Positions 25,348 through 38,600 of a DNA stretch of 64,000 nt are shown one piece after another. A program made the translations under genes and the position numbers. The stretch lies in contig NC_085844.1 of assembly GCF_035594765.1 (NCBI RefSeq), positions 89,729,923-89,793,922 on the forward strand. The letters run 5' to 3'. Source of the stretch: Anolis carolinensis. Lineage: Eukaryota. The notes beneath the pieces are model-generated. The model ran no database searches. It worked only from the letters and a program-made list of their open reading frames with translations, and had not been told where the DNA came from. Each line of letters starts with the position of its first letter. The first letter of the stretch is position 1.

Positions 25348-28300
25348 CAACAACAACAACAACTGCCCCAAGACAGTGGAATGACATCAATATTACAAAA
25401 CTAAACGAGTCATCAGAATTCAAGAGAGAACCGAAGACCCATTTCTTCTGACATGTTTACCCAGCCAATTTTAAACCATGATTTTGAAATTTACATTCTA
25501 TCATTATTGTATTTTAATATTTGTATGATGTGTTGTCCAAGGCTTTCATGGCTGGGATCACATTTTAATATGTGCATTTAATAGAGATATATGCATTTTG
25601 TATGCATTTTTGGTGATGTGTTTCAAGTTGTGAAGAGAGGTGGATAACAAGTCATTGTTGTTGAACATCCATACGTAATAACAATTGTACAATTTCTTGT
25701 TCATATTTCTTGGTCCTATTTGAATGTTAAATGTGTGTAATTCAATCTTCACTTCTATATCTTACTCTGAATTGATGTGCTTCAATTTACAGGCAGTCCC
25801 CAAGTTATGAACAAGATAGGTTCTATAGGTTTGTTCTTAAGTTGAATTTGTATGTAAGTCTGAACAGGTACATTTTTTAAATGTAACTCCAGCCAAATAT
25901 ATATGCATATTAGCTGTGGTTAGTATAGGGAAGAGTTGACAGCCCTGTGGTTTTTGTTTTGCTGTCTGTGCCCCTATTCAGAAGATTTCACCTTACTTTC
26001 TGTCCCTGTGGAAATTGGAGTTGGTGATAAAGCTTCAGGGGAGACACCTTTTCCCTATGATAGCTCTTCCAGGAGTTAATTTCCCTTCTGAGCAGTAGAT
26101 TTCTCTTGCTTCCTGTTGTCTCGCCCCAGTTCTTAACTAGAAGCCGTTTGTAAGTTAGATGTTTGTAACTTAGGGACTGCCTGTACTTATGTATTCTCTA
26201 GAGGTGGATTCATGATTAGTGTTGTAGTAGAGCCTGTGGGTAATGTTACAAACAGTAGTATGGGTGCCAGAAGGGGGGAAAGGGTTACTCGGGAGCAGGA
26301 ATCTGATGATGAGCAGCAGAGAAAGAGGATCCGGGACATACTTACAGCACCTACAGATGAGGAGTCATTTGAAGGATTCTCTAGGGATGATAATGTTGCA
26401 GACAGTAGTTGTGGTGCCAGAAGGGGGAAAAGGGTTACCCGGGAGCAGGAATCTGATGATGAGCAGCAGAGAAAGAGGATCCAGGACATAGTTACAGCAC
26501 CTACAGATGAGGAGTTGTTTGAGGGATTCTCTGGGGACGATGGGTCAATGAGTGAAGGAGAAGAAGGAGACACCATGGATTGGACTAAGATAAGAAAAGT
26601 GCAAGGTATTTGTGAGGCGCCATCAACTAGTGATACCTTTATGGGGTTCTCTGGGGGTGAAGACTGGCAATCAGGGGGTCCAACTGATTCTTGGGGGGAT
26701 CTTGACAGGAGATGGAGGAATTGGAGGGAAAGTCAAGGGAATTCATGTGAAGAGCTGGGAGCAGCTGCGAGGGATAGTGATGGGGCAGTGGTCAATTCAT
26801 CTTTGGATGATGGTTTGTAGATAAAAGTGGGTTCAGGGGTGAGGAGTCTTTGCAGAAGGCAAGTTGCTGATGTGCGTTCGTGTGCTGTGTATTGGTAAAG
26901 ATTCTTGTAGACTTGCTGTTGCCTGTTTCGTGTTCGGCATTGGATTTGGATCTGCAGTTTGGACCTGGACCGGTTTGGCTAAAAACGCTGCTTCTGTGGA
27001 CACTGGAGCGACGCTGTTTTGGATTTCTCCTGCTTCAACGCTGGACTTCGGCTGATGACGCTTCTCTTCCCGCGACTCTTTTTGTTAACCATTTGTGTAC
27101 TGTGCCTTTTTGTTTTGCCTCAGAGTGCTTTGTTTGACTTGTTGCTCTTTGCATCCAGTTAATCTGGATTACATTTCTGTTAACCTTTTGGACCAGGTCT
27201 CGTTTGGTTTTTTGAGTTTTGACCAGTGGAACTGCATTTTAGTGTCTCTGCATTCCTTTCTTTTGTTTTAATAAACTCTGTTTTGAAGTCACTTTTAAGT
27301 TTGGCCCTTTAAGGCATCTGTGACTCCAACAATTAGTCAGTATTACTAAACTGAGAATGGTGGGTGTACTATTCATTTCCAACCCCAAGAGAGCATCTTA
27401 GTAATATATATATAACATCCCAATTTTTCTTCTTTAGAAACAATCGTCTGTGTCCTCTTTGACATACCTAATGGGTTTTTTATGGAATCAAGTGGGAGTT
27501 TTAATATTAGTAATACAACAACCTATGGCTGCCAGACTGGCTTCACAACTTTGCAAGGACTACACAGAGGAGAGACAACGTGTCTTCTAGATGGATGGGT
27601 ACCCAAACCAGAATGTATCAGTAAGTGCCTTCAATTAAATGAGTTTTTTTCCCTCAGACCCCATGTAGACTGCCATATAATACAGTTTCAGAATCCAGTT
27701 TAACTGCATTAATTAATTAATTAACTGTTGTTTTTGTGACGTATGCTAGGGAGAGCATTTAATTTCATTGTACAATGACAGTACATTTATTCTATTAAAC
27801 TGGATTATATGGCAGTGTACACTTATATGATCCATTTAAAAGGGTTAAACTGCATTCTCAAATTACATTTTATGTTAGTCTACAAGGGGCCCTGGTAAGT
27901 GAAAGTAAATTAGCATCCTTAAGGACTGTCATCCACAGCATATTGAAATCTGATATTGGATAGCAGTGAAAATCTTACTGATTTAGCAGAGAAACAATTA
28001 TGTGAAATTTTGAAAGTCATTACATGTGAAAACTATTTTCCAAATATTAGCTATGGAACAAATTCTGGCATTTTCTCAGACCCAATAATGAAGACAAGCC
28101 CTAGAAATCATCAAAGAGGTGTATGCCATAAACGTTTTAACTGGTGCTTCACTGTGATGTGCATTAATGACACTAAAACAACATGTTGTAGACATTATTT
28201 ATAAATTCCTCGCATAGTGCACTTGTGCACCATGTGATAAATTCAAATATGTTTCTGAATATTTCACCATGGGTTTAGTTATGGTAAAAGACTTATGTGA

Positions 28301-31300
28301 AGTTCAGTTGACCCTATTGAAGCTGCTCCCCAATTGGATAAAGACTTTTTTTATAGCCCAATTCATTTCTGCCAGTCAGATGCCAATTCTGCTCCTGAAA
28401 TGTGCTGCCTGGCTCATGTCACTCAGTAGGAAACCAGAGAGGCCTTGCATAAGGCTAGGAAAATCCACTTCCCCTGTGTGTCCTCTGTTAACTCTACTAA
28501 CTTGTACTTTTCAGAATATGCCAAAAGCTTTCACAGGCCAAACTCCAAGCACAGAGAATAATTTAAGATATAGTTAAGATACAGCTAGCCAAAGGATGGC
28601 CTTCAAAAACGATGAGCGATTGGCTTCTACAGGAGTAAAGCTCTGGAACTCTGGAAATGTTGTGTTTACTAGACTGTGCTTTGTAGAAACCAACCAACAT
28701 ATTATTTATGTGGGAAAACTTCAGTGGTTAATCATCCTGGCCTAGATCTTGTTCCAGAAATTTATTGCAACCCTTTGCATGGCAGAGGGTTGGGACGAAT
28801 GACTTTTGTGTTCTCTTCCAATTCTATGACTATATTATTTCATGATTCTACGAATCTAATTATTTGCTGGTGAAACCAGTTTCTCCCAAACCAATTCTGA
28901 ATCAACCTAGCAGTCAGGGTTGAGCAGCCCTTAGGGTCTCTGCTAATTATTTAACTATAAGTAAGGTTACATTTAAAAAGAGATAATATAGGATTCTGGC
29001 AGCTGTACAATTTTCAAACTTATTGTAATATTTTTGTATATTTGTATATTTTAAATTCTGTGCTAGTGCTTTTATGTCAAGCCACTTTGAGTCCCCTTTG
29101 AGGAGGTAAAGCAGAGAATAATAATAATAATAATAATAAGAAGAAGAAGAAGAAGAAGAAGTTGCATTAATAAGACCTGTATTTTTGTTTTCTTAGAGAC
29201 GTGCCCAAAGCCAGTGGACGAGAACATTATCTTCAGCACAACTAAACCAGTTGCATTACTGGAGGAAAAACTGATCTTTGAATGTACAGATGGACATGAA
29301 ACCATTAACCAGAAAAGAGGTGGTCAAGCAGTATGCACATTGAAAGGATGGAGCCCAAAGCCTCAGTGCCTATGTAAATTAACACAATATTGTTGTTGTG
29401 TAATAAAATTGAAAGTTTTGATTAATTGTTATAAACAAGTGGTTGCCAAAAGGTGTAGCATTTTCAGATGATGCCTTCATTTTTAGTTAATTTATTGGTA
29501 GCATACTTATTTTCTATATAAATGTTCTTATTTAAATTTCTTTCCTATTCATATTTATATACATAGGCAGGCAGCAATGTGAGGAAGTAGACTTAAGGTG
29601 CAATTACACTGTAGAGTTAATGCTGTTTGATGACATTTTTGCTGTCATGGCCCAGGGTTATGGAATCATGGCAACTGTAGTTTGATGCATCACCGACACT
29701 CTTGGGCAAAGAAGACGAAAGAAGTTATAAAAATACAACTTCTGTTATTCCATAGAATTAATGCAAGGCAGTTAAAGAAGAGTCAAACTGCATCAATTCT
29801 ACAGTGAAATGCACACATCTTATTAACGTATGTAGTTTCTTTTTATTTTACACTAGCTAAACCTGGCCATGCTCTCCTGTGGCTCAGTATGATATGTACT
29901 GAATCTGAATAAAAGTATTGTAGCGAACATAGATTCACCAAGAAAACACATCAATCAATTCAATTCCCTGCCTTTCATTGCTATGTCTATGTGGAATGTA
30001 TAGAAACGAAGGAAAAAGAGTTTCCTCCCCCAAAAAATCATTTTTATTGTAATGCTAGTGAATTGTCTACATTATTGGTGTGTCTTTATTCTGCATATAC
30101 ATTAAGATCAGATGATTTACCAACTCTGGAGCATACAACGTATAATTGCCCATGAGAGATGCATTTATTTTCCAATTTCAAACCACACACTTGCAAAGAT
30201 TGCCCCTGTGTTATATTGATAGTCATCACGAATGCAAGGCATATTGGTAATTGAAGTCATTTGAATTCGAATGTCATCTCATTAAGAATAAGTGGTATTC
30301 CCAAGGCAATCACACCCAACTCCTCCGTGTATGTAGAGTTAGCCATGTTGGGTCTGTGTGCCAAGTTTGGTCCAAATTCGTTGTCGGCTGGGTTTAGTGC
30401 ACTCTAGATATGGGTGAACTACAACTGCCGTAATCAAGGTCAATTCCAACATACTACAGCAGTATGTTCAGCGGGTCATGGGGGTTCTCTATGCCAAGTT
30501 TGGTCCCAATCCATTGTCAATGGGGGCACAATTTCTCTGGATGCAGGTGAACTGTAACTCCTGTAAATCAAAGTCAAGATCCCCCAGATTTTTCCAGTGT
30601 TTTCTGTTAGTTATGGGGAGTCTGTGTGCCTAAGTTTGTCCAGGTCCATCATTTGTGTGGGTCTCTGTGGTCTGTTGAAGTTGGAGCTAATCAGGGGAAG
30701 GTACTGCAAATCCCATCATTCTTGGTCCATCCTCCTATCAGCACCAGGATGTGAAGTGGGTAATGGGGTGTCTGTTTGCCAAATATAGTCCATGTCCATC
30801 ATTCGTGGGGGTTGCTGTGATGTGTGGGAGCCGATTTGGGTGAAGGTACTTCAGATTCCATCATTCATGCTCTGTCCTCCTCTATCTGCACCAGGACTGT
30901 AAAGTGGGTCATGGGGATCTGTGTGCCTGGTTTGGTCCTGTTCTGTCATTGGTGCAAGTCACAGTGGTCTGTGGGAGCTGAAGTTATTGAATATACTGCA
31001 TATCCCATCATCTGTGGTTCTCCCTCTGCCAAACTCATTTTACTATAAAAAACACACATATTGGATGCAACGTTTTGTCAAAATTTCAAGTCAATCAACT
31101 GACTACTTTTCAAGTTCTGCGTGCACAAATATATGCAGGTTGTATTTTTATATATAAAGATATGCATTCACCTATAGAGAGGGGATCATATGCTACACTG
31201 TTTTCAAATCAGATTTATTTTCATTTGCAAACATTGCAGGTGGATGTTAAGCTCCTTTTTCTAAAATACAGTTTACAAATTTAAAATGTCTTGCTGTATC

Positions 31301-34300
31301 TTTTCTTCAGCTATAGAATGTGAAATACCTATTCTGGAGCATGGAAGCATTCATCCAAGAAAAGATCAATATGTGAACAGAGATGTGGTAAAATTTTCCT
31401 GCATCAGAGGATACACAAGAGTTGGTTCTGACTCTGCACAGTGTTATCATTTTGGATGGTCCCCACAACCTCCAACTTGTAAAGGTACACATTTCTTCTT
31501 AGGCTGCTTACAAAATAGCTGTCAATGTATGTGGTATTCTTAAGGTATCCTTCCTGATTTTTGTGACCTGCTTTCCATATTTTACCCAGATTTGTCTTGC
31601 AATATGATTGTCACATATTTGCATTAAAATACTACTTGGAGAATACACACCCTCAGCTATTCCAAGACCCTTCTCATGCAAGATTTGAGAAAAAGATATT
31701 TGGTCTTCCAGATGCTTTTGACTTCATTGCTAAGATGCCATAGACAAAACTCCCTTGTTTTGTACTAAGTTTGGATTTTTTTAAAAAAAATAGTTTTTAT
31801 TGCATTTTTTCAGTTTACAAATAAACAAGAGAGTCTAAGGGGAGCACAAAAGAGAAGGGAATTAGGGAAAGAAAGGTGGGGTGGAAAGGGAGGAGGGGGA
31901 GGGGAGTAGGAGTTGGGTATCCAAATATGAGTGGGGGGAAGGGGTTTGGATATGGGACGGTGAGTTGGGAAGGGTTGAGGGGTGGAGGTCATTAACAGAC
32001 TCCCTGGGAAGGCGTCCCTAATCAAAGAAGGGAAAAAGTGTGGGGGAGTGACTTCCAATCTTCAATCTTCCATTGCGTATCGTCTTCGTTACACTTCTTC
32101 ATTGAGATATTTCTCCAAGTTTGACCAGTCCATTTTTCTAGTCGAATAGCCATTATACTTTTTGGTCCAGTAAGTCAATTTATCCATGTTTTTAATGTCT
32201 AGGAGCCTCTCTAGCCACATATATTTGGTAGGTTTATTTAATCCTTTCCAATTCCTAGCTATTACTAATCTCGCTGCTGTCACTGCTTATGTAAATATTT
32301 TTTCTTTATTCTCTTTTTCTTTAAAGAAATTTGTTTCTCCACTAGTTGGTATATTGAGTAAGCCTAAGGTAAAATTCAGGTTTAAAATCAAATTCCATGT
32401 TTAATAGTTTTTTACATTCCAAATGAACATTTTTCCAGTAGTCGTTAGTTATTTTACAGTTCCACCACATGTGGAAGTACGAGCCCACATGTTCTTTAAA
32501 CCATCAGCATTTATTATCAAGATTACTATACAAGTTTGGAAATTTCATTTGGTTCAAAATACAGCAGCCAGATTGGTTACAGGAACATCTAGGAGTGAGC
32601 ATATTACACCTATCCTAACGTCACTCCATTGGCTGCCAATTAGTTTCTGGGCAAGGTACAAGGTGTTGGTTTTGACCTTTAAAGCCCTTCATGGTTTGGG
32701 TTCAGGTTACCTAAAGGATCTCCTTCTCCCATACAATCCACCCTGAACACTTATGTCCTCTGGAGGGTGGTTACTCCAACCAGCCAGAAGCTGACTGGTG
32801 ACTGTCGCCCAGAAGACCTTTTCATTGGCTGCCCCAAGACTGGAACACCCTTCCAGAAGAGTTCCTACAGGTTAAATGAGCTGTTGGAATTTAAAAAAAC
32901 ATCTAAAGACCAGCAGTTCTACCCAGCCAGTTTTTAAGCAAGTGTCATTTGTTTAATCTTTGTTTTGTGTATTTTAATATGTATTTTATAGAAATACATT
33001 TTAATATATATCTTTTATAGAAATACATTTTCATATCTATATATGTGGGATTTTACAATGTTTATGTATTTTAGTTACTGTATATACTCGAGTATAAGCC
33101 TAGTTTTTCAGTCCTTTTTTAGGACTGAAAAAAAACCTCCTCGGCTTATACTCGGGTGAGGGTCCTGGTGGGCTTATATTTAGGTTGGCTTATACTCAAG
33201 TATGGTATATTTATTTTTTTCTCTATTATTATTGATATTGTTACATTTATTATTTTACTCTATTTTTATTATCATTAATGCATTTATTATTTTACTCTAT
33301 TTATTATTACATTTATTATTTCACTCTATTATAATTAAAAGGATACATAAGCACATTTACATTGAAGATGAGAATAATGATTTAATCAGAGTTGAACAGT
33401 CATATCTTAAATTACAATTTGATGTAAAGATTCAAAAACATTTAGACTACTGATGCCTCAATTAATGTAATTTTATTAGTATCTTGGCTTATACTGGAGT
33501 AAATGTTTCCCAGTTTTTTGTTGTAAAACTAGGTGCCTCGGCTTATATTCGAGTTGGCTTATACTCGGGTATATACTTGTATTCTGTAACCTGCCGTAAG
33601 CCATGAGGAGAGGTGGGTAAGAAATAAAATTATTATTGTTTTTGTTATTGTTATTGTTATTACTCTTGAGTACAAGTGCAGGTTTCATCTTCCATTGTTT
33701 CTATACATTTTTGTTGAGATACAGAAATAGGATAATGTTCCCCTTATCATGCACTTAAATAGCTTCAAACTTAACACAATATTTCTTCTTTCTAGAAAAG
33801 GTTACCCCTTGTCAACAACCACCCAGGATTTCACATGGCAATCTTATTGGTGACCTTCATGAAGAATATCAGCATGGGGAGAAGATGGCTTATGAGTGTG
33901 ATGCCCGTTTTGGAATGGTTGGATCAAGCACTGCAGAATGTGTTGATGGAGAATGGATGTTTTTGCCATCATGCATAGGTAGAGGACCCATAAGTTAGAG
34001 TCATGAGGCCACTGAATCTTATCTATTAACTCTGAAGTTCTGTCTAAACTGGCTAATTAAAAGAGAATAGGGGAAGGAAAACAAACAGAATACATTCTTG
34101 GTAGGATGTACATTTCTTATTGAGTACTGCCAGAGAGCACTTGTTTCCACATAGATGAAGATTTTATGTGATGATTAAATAAAGGCATGAAGGCTTCTGT
34201 TACAAATTTTTGCACTAAAATCTTTTTGCATATTTGATTTTTTGTATCTATTTAAGTTCTGGTATAGAAAGACATTTTAAAAATATATAAAAAAATACAT

Positions 34301-35611
34301 ATGGTAGCGCTCTATGCTTTAAAATATTAAGGCAACGGCAAACCAAATGATGTTTAAACACATCCCAAGGTTCCTACACAACACTTTGTAGTCCATCTAG
34401 AAGATAGCCTAAATTGTTGAAAGAAGTTTGAAGATTTTAAGAAAAAACACATGAGAGTTTACTTTCGATGTGATATGTTCCTAAATATGTTCCTAAACCA
34501 TAAGATTTTTTGCCAGATTTATTCAAAGGGATTGTGATCTGTCCAAGGTTGAACCATTTACTAATTAAATATACATTTTCATGGCCATTTAACTTTCTCG
34601 GGAAACTTGCAAAATCCCCAAATTTTCATAATAAAAAGAAACATCTATATTTTATGATAAATTTGAGTACTCTGATAAACTGGGACTGGCAGTTAATGCT
34701 TGAAAAGATTGCTTAGTCCTTGAAAACAATTGAGAAATGTGCTGGAGAAGAAAAATGTTAGAGCTGGTAAATCCCAGTGAGACATAGACTAAACAGTGTT
34801 GTTGTATGTCTTTCGGGCTGTGTGGCCATGTTCCAGAAGTATTCTCTCCTGACGTTTTGCCCACATCTATGGCAGGCATCCTCAGAGGTTGTGAGGTGTG
34901 GAACATGGCCACACAGTCAGAAAGACATACAACAACCCTGTGATCCCGGCCATGAAAGCCTTCGACAACACATAGACTAAACAGTGTTTGATTAGCTACT
35001 CAGTAAATTTCCAAATCTCATTTAAAAAGACCAGTGTTAGGTTTCAATTATTTGTGACTAATAATAAGGAAAAGTTAATATTTTGATTGACTACCTGTTG
35101 TTTTCAACAGAGGAAGAAAAAACGTGTGGACCACCTCCCAGTATCACAAATGGACATCCTGTCATTGTTGACAACAAAAACACACATTGGCATGGTGAAA
35201 CTGTGGAATATGTTTGTGATCAAACCTTTGTCATTCTTGGGACCAACCCAGCCAGGTGCCTTCGGGGACAATGGGAGGTACCTTCATGTACAGGTAAGTT
35301 TGCTATTTAGAAACCAACTAGGTATCATAAACCAGAGACTTTCAAGCTGACTTCTTCCTGCATTTGAATCCTTAGATGGTGCAGCAAAATGTAGACGTCC
35401 AAAGAATGCAAAATTTGTACCATATGCTCCTCTTACAAAGATGTTTGACAATGGTAGAGCTGTAAACTATATGTGTGGTTCCAGTCTTCATACAACAAAA
35501 TGTAATCATGGAAAATGGTCACCGGAACCAGAATGCAAAGGTATGGTTTTGTATGTTCTATCCAAGTCGCTGGTTTCTAAAGCACAGTGAGAGATGGGGC
35601 CACCAGGAGGA

Positions 35612-35675
<64 letters not shown>

Positions 35676-38600
35676 AAATACTTCAGGGTTGTCATCTTGA
35701 TTGATTGCCTGGTGAGGTATAGTTTGTCAAAAATGAGATCATTTAGCAGTGTCTGATATATTCTTTTTTAAGGATATTTACATCTGTCATGGGCCCCTGG
35801 TGGTGGCGCAGTGTATTAAAGTGCTGAGCTGCTGAACTTGCAGACCGAAAGGTCCCAGGTTCAAACCCCGGGAGTGGAATGAGCGCCCGCTGTTAGCTCC
35901 AGCTCCTGCCAACCTAGCAGTTCGAAAACATGCAAATGTGAGTAGATCAATAGGTAACACTCCGGCGGGAAGGTAACGGCGCTCCATGAAGTCATGCCAG
36001 CCACATGACCTTGGAGGTGTCTACGGACAATGCCGGCTCTTCGGCTTAGAAATGGAGATGAGCACCAACCCCAGAATCGGTCACGACTAGACTTAACACC
36101 AGGGGAAAACCTTTAACTTTACCTACATCTGTCATTAAGGGCGGGAAAGACAATATAGTCACACAGGAACCAGAGCAGCAGCTGGCAAAGCTACTAACAT
36201 TATAGTTAGGTATTTTGCTCTTGCAAGCTCATCACATTGGTAAATTTCACAGCTGTAGAACACTTCACCTATGCAGCCAGCATAGAGGCCCCCAGATCTC
36301 ATCACATGATGCACAGCTACTTCCGGTGGAGATCTGTGCTGGCTGAGTTGGCAAAGTGTTCCACGATGGGGAAATCTGAACATGGAAGACTACTCATGTT
36401 CAGATTTAAAATGCTGGGGACAGAACGGGAGCATGCCGGGAAGGTACGCTTTTCTGCGGGTAATGGGCAAGCAGGTGATGCAGGTGGTACTTTTAAAATA
36501 AAAATTGAAATGAAATCAATTTTATCACAAATGTTACATTAAGTTAAGTTTGCCATTTTGTCTTGATCTGCTTTTAATTAATATATTTCAATATGAATAT
36601 CAAGTCAATATAGAGTTTATGGTATGCTACAGTATAAAGCATAGTATTTGTTAAATCTGATTTAATACTAATTCTTTATTAACTAGAAACTATGTTATCT
36701 AGCATCTACCAATCCAATGGATGCCAGTTAACTCAGAGTTCACTGCATCATATTAATGAATTAAAAATAATGAAATAATCTGTTCTTTAAGTTGTTTCTC
36801 ATAATCTTGTTTGCTTGGCTTTTAGTTAAAGAATTTTGTCCACCACCCCCTCAGCTTCCAAATGCTATCAATGAAATTGAGATGAAAAACTACAATAGTG
36901 GTGAAGAGATAAGCTTCACATGCAAGGAACATTTTCTTCTTCAAGGTCCACAAAAAATATTGTGCAAAGATGGAAGTTGGCAGACACCCCCACGCTGTGT
37001 AGGTTTGTATTACATATGTTTGCTTTCATTTGTAAAAATTGTCTGTCAAGAGAAAAATAAAAATGTCAATGTGACAAAAATGTCTTTCATGTACTATATA
37101 TGCATGCACTTAGATGCTTGATGGAATAGAAACCAAGTGATGAACATACTCCTATAAGGTGGCTTGTAACTGAACCTGAAGACTCCATAAACTAAAAAAA
37201 ATCATCTTTATTTGATACTGTCCATTGTTTGCATTCATTAATGATATGAAAATACAATGTTAAGAAATATGGAGGAAAAGGATTGGTTTTTGCTTTTCAT
37301 AGCTCGCTATGATAGGAAACCTTTTAAATTTAAGTTTTACATTTTAGCTTTTTTGAAAAGAAATGACCAAGGATAAAATTTCTGATTTTGTTAAATCCTT
37401 CAAAATTATTTGAAAACAAATTATCCCCCATCTACATTAAATACATTGAGTAGATGCAGTCATTTCCATCATAAAGGACCATGATTTATTCTTAGTTTGG
37501 AATATGCAGCTATAATGGTTGAAGGAATTTGAAAATTGTCAGTGGGTGCAACAAATGATGAGTATCAGTTTTACATCTGGTGGCCACTGCTAAGCTATGG
37601 ACAAGAGGGTGAAAGTAAGTGCCATCCCCTGTTCTTGGGCTGCCTAATCTTGGTGAGAGTGATAAGGCTATATGAACAGCTGTAGCCAGGGCCGTAGCCA
37701 GAAAAAAATTTCGGGAGGGGTTTTGAAAATTTGGGGGGGGGGGGGGTTGAACCCCTAGCACATACCCCTCCCCGCTACAAACCTGTCAATATCTGCTTGA
37801 GATAGTGCCTGGAGGGACTCTTAATGTTTTGCATCTCATAGACTTAGCATGGGGATTTGGTTAACCAGTTAAAATTCATGAGTAAACGAGATTTTTTTTT
37901 TACTTGAAAAATTTCGGGGGGGGGGGTTGAACCCCTAAACCCCCCCCCTCGCTACAGGCCTGGCTGTAGCCACTTTTTAGTGTCTCTATCCATACAGTAT
38001 TCCTCATTGCTGATCTAGAGTACTCTAGATCAGCATCAATGTATGTGGCCTACATTCATAGGCTTGCTGACTGTCCCCATTATGTATGGGAACTTCCAAT
38101 GAGTATCCTGGATATTCTTACTTTAATCTATCTTTTCCAGTAGGATGCCAATATGGCCTTAGCCTGTTTGAACAATGTCCTTGTATTCAATATATATGTG
38201 TTGTATCTGGGGCTGTCTTCGGCCAGATTTACACCAAAGAACCAGCCACATGTAGATAAAGACAAACTTTTAAAAGTTACAGAGTTAAAGCTAGTTTAGC
38301 TTTTTGCCAGGTACTTTTAAAGGTTAAATATTATGTACCTTCAGCATAAAAAACTTTGTGAATATTATGAAAGCATGGTGGATCAAAGTCTTCATGCCTT
38401 TCTTTTCAGGACCTCATCACAAAGGCCCATGGATTTGCCATGATGTATGGCAAATCCATAGGCTCCCAGTGGCAAGCCCTGCATCACATGACTTGCCTTT
38501 TCCCCCATCCCAGGGTGAAAGTGTTGCCACTCAGCTTCCCCCTATTGCTAGTAAGGCAACACTGGAAGGATCCTGTGTTGCTGCAGATGCAGCATACGCT

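Noticed and set aside
35791-35875. tRNA gene
   Set aside because: Pol III boxes belong to the SINE head, followed by SINE body, tail and TSD.
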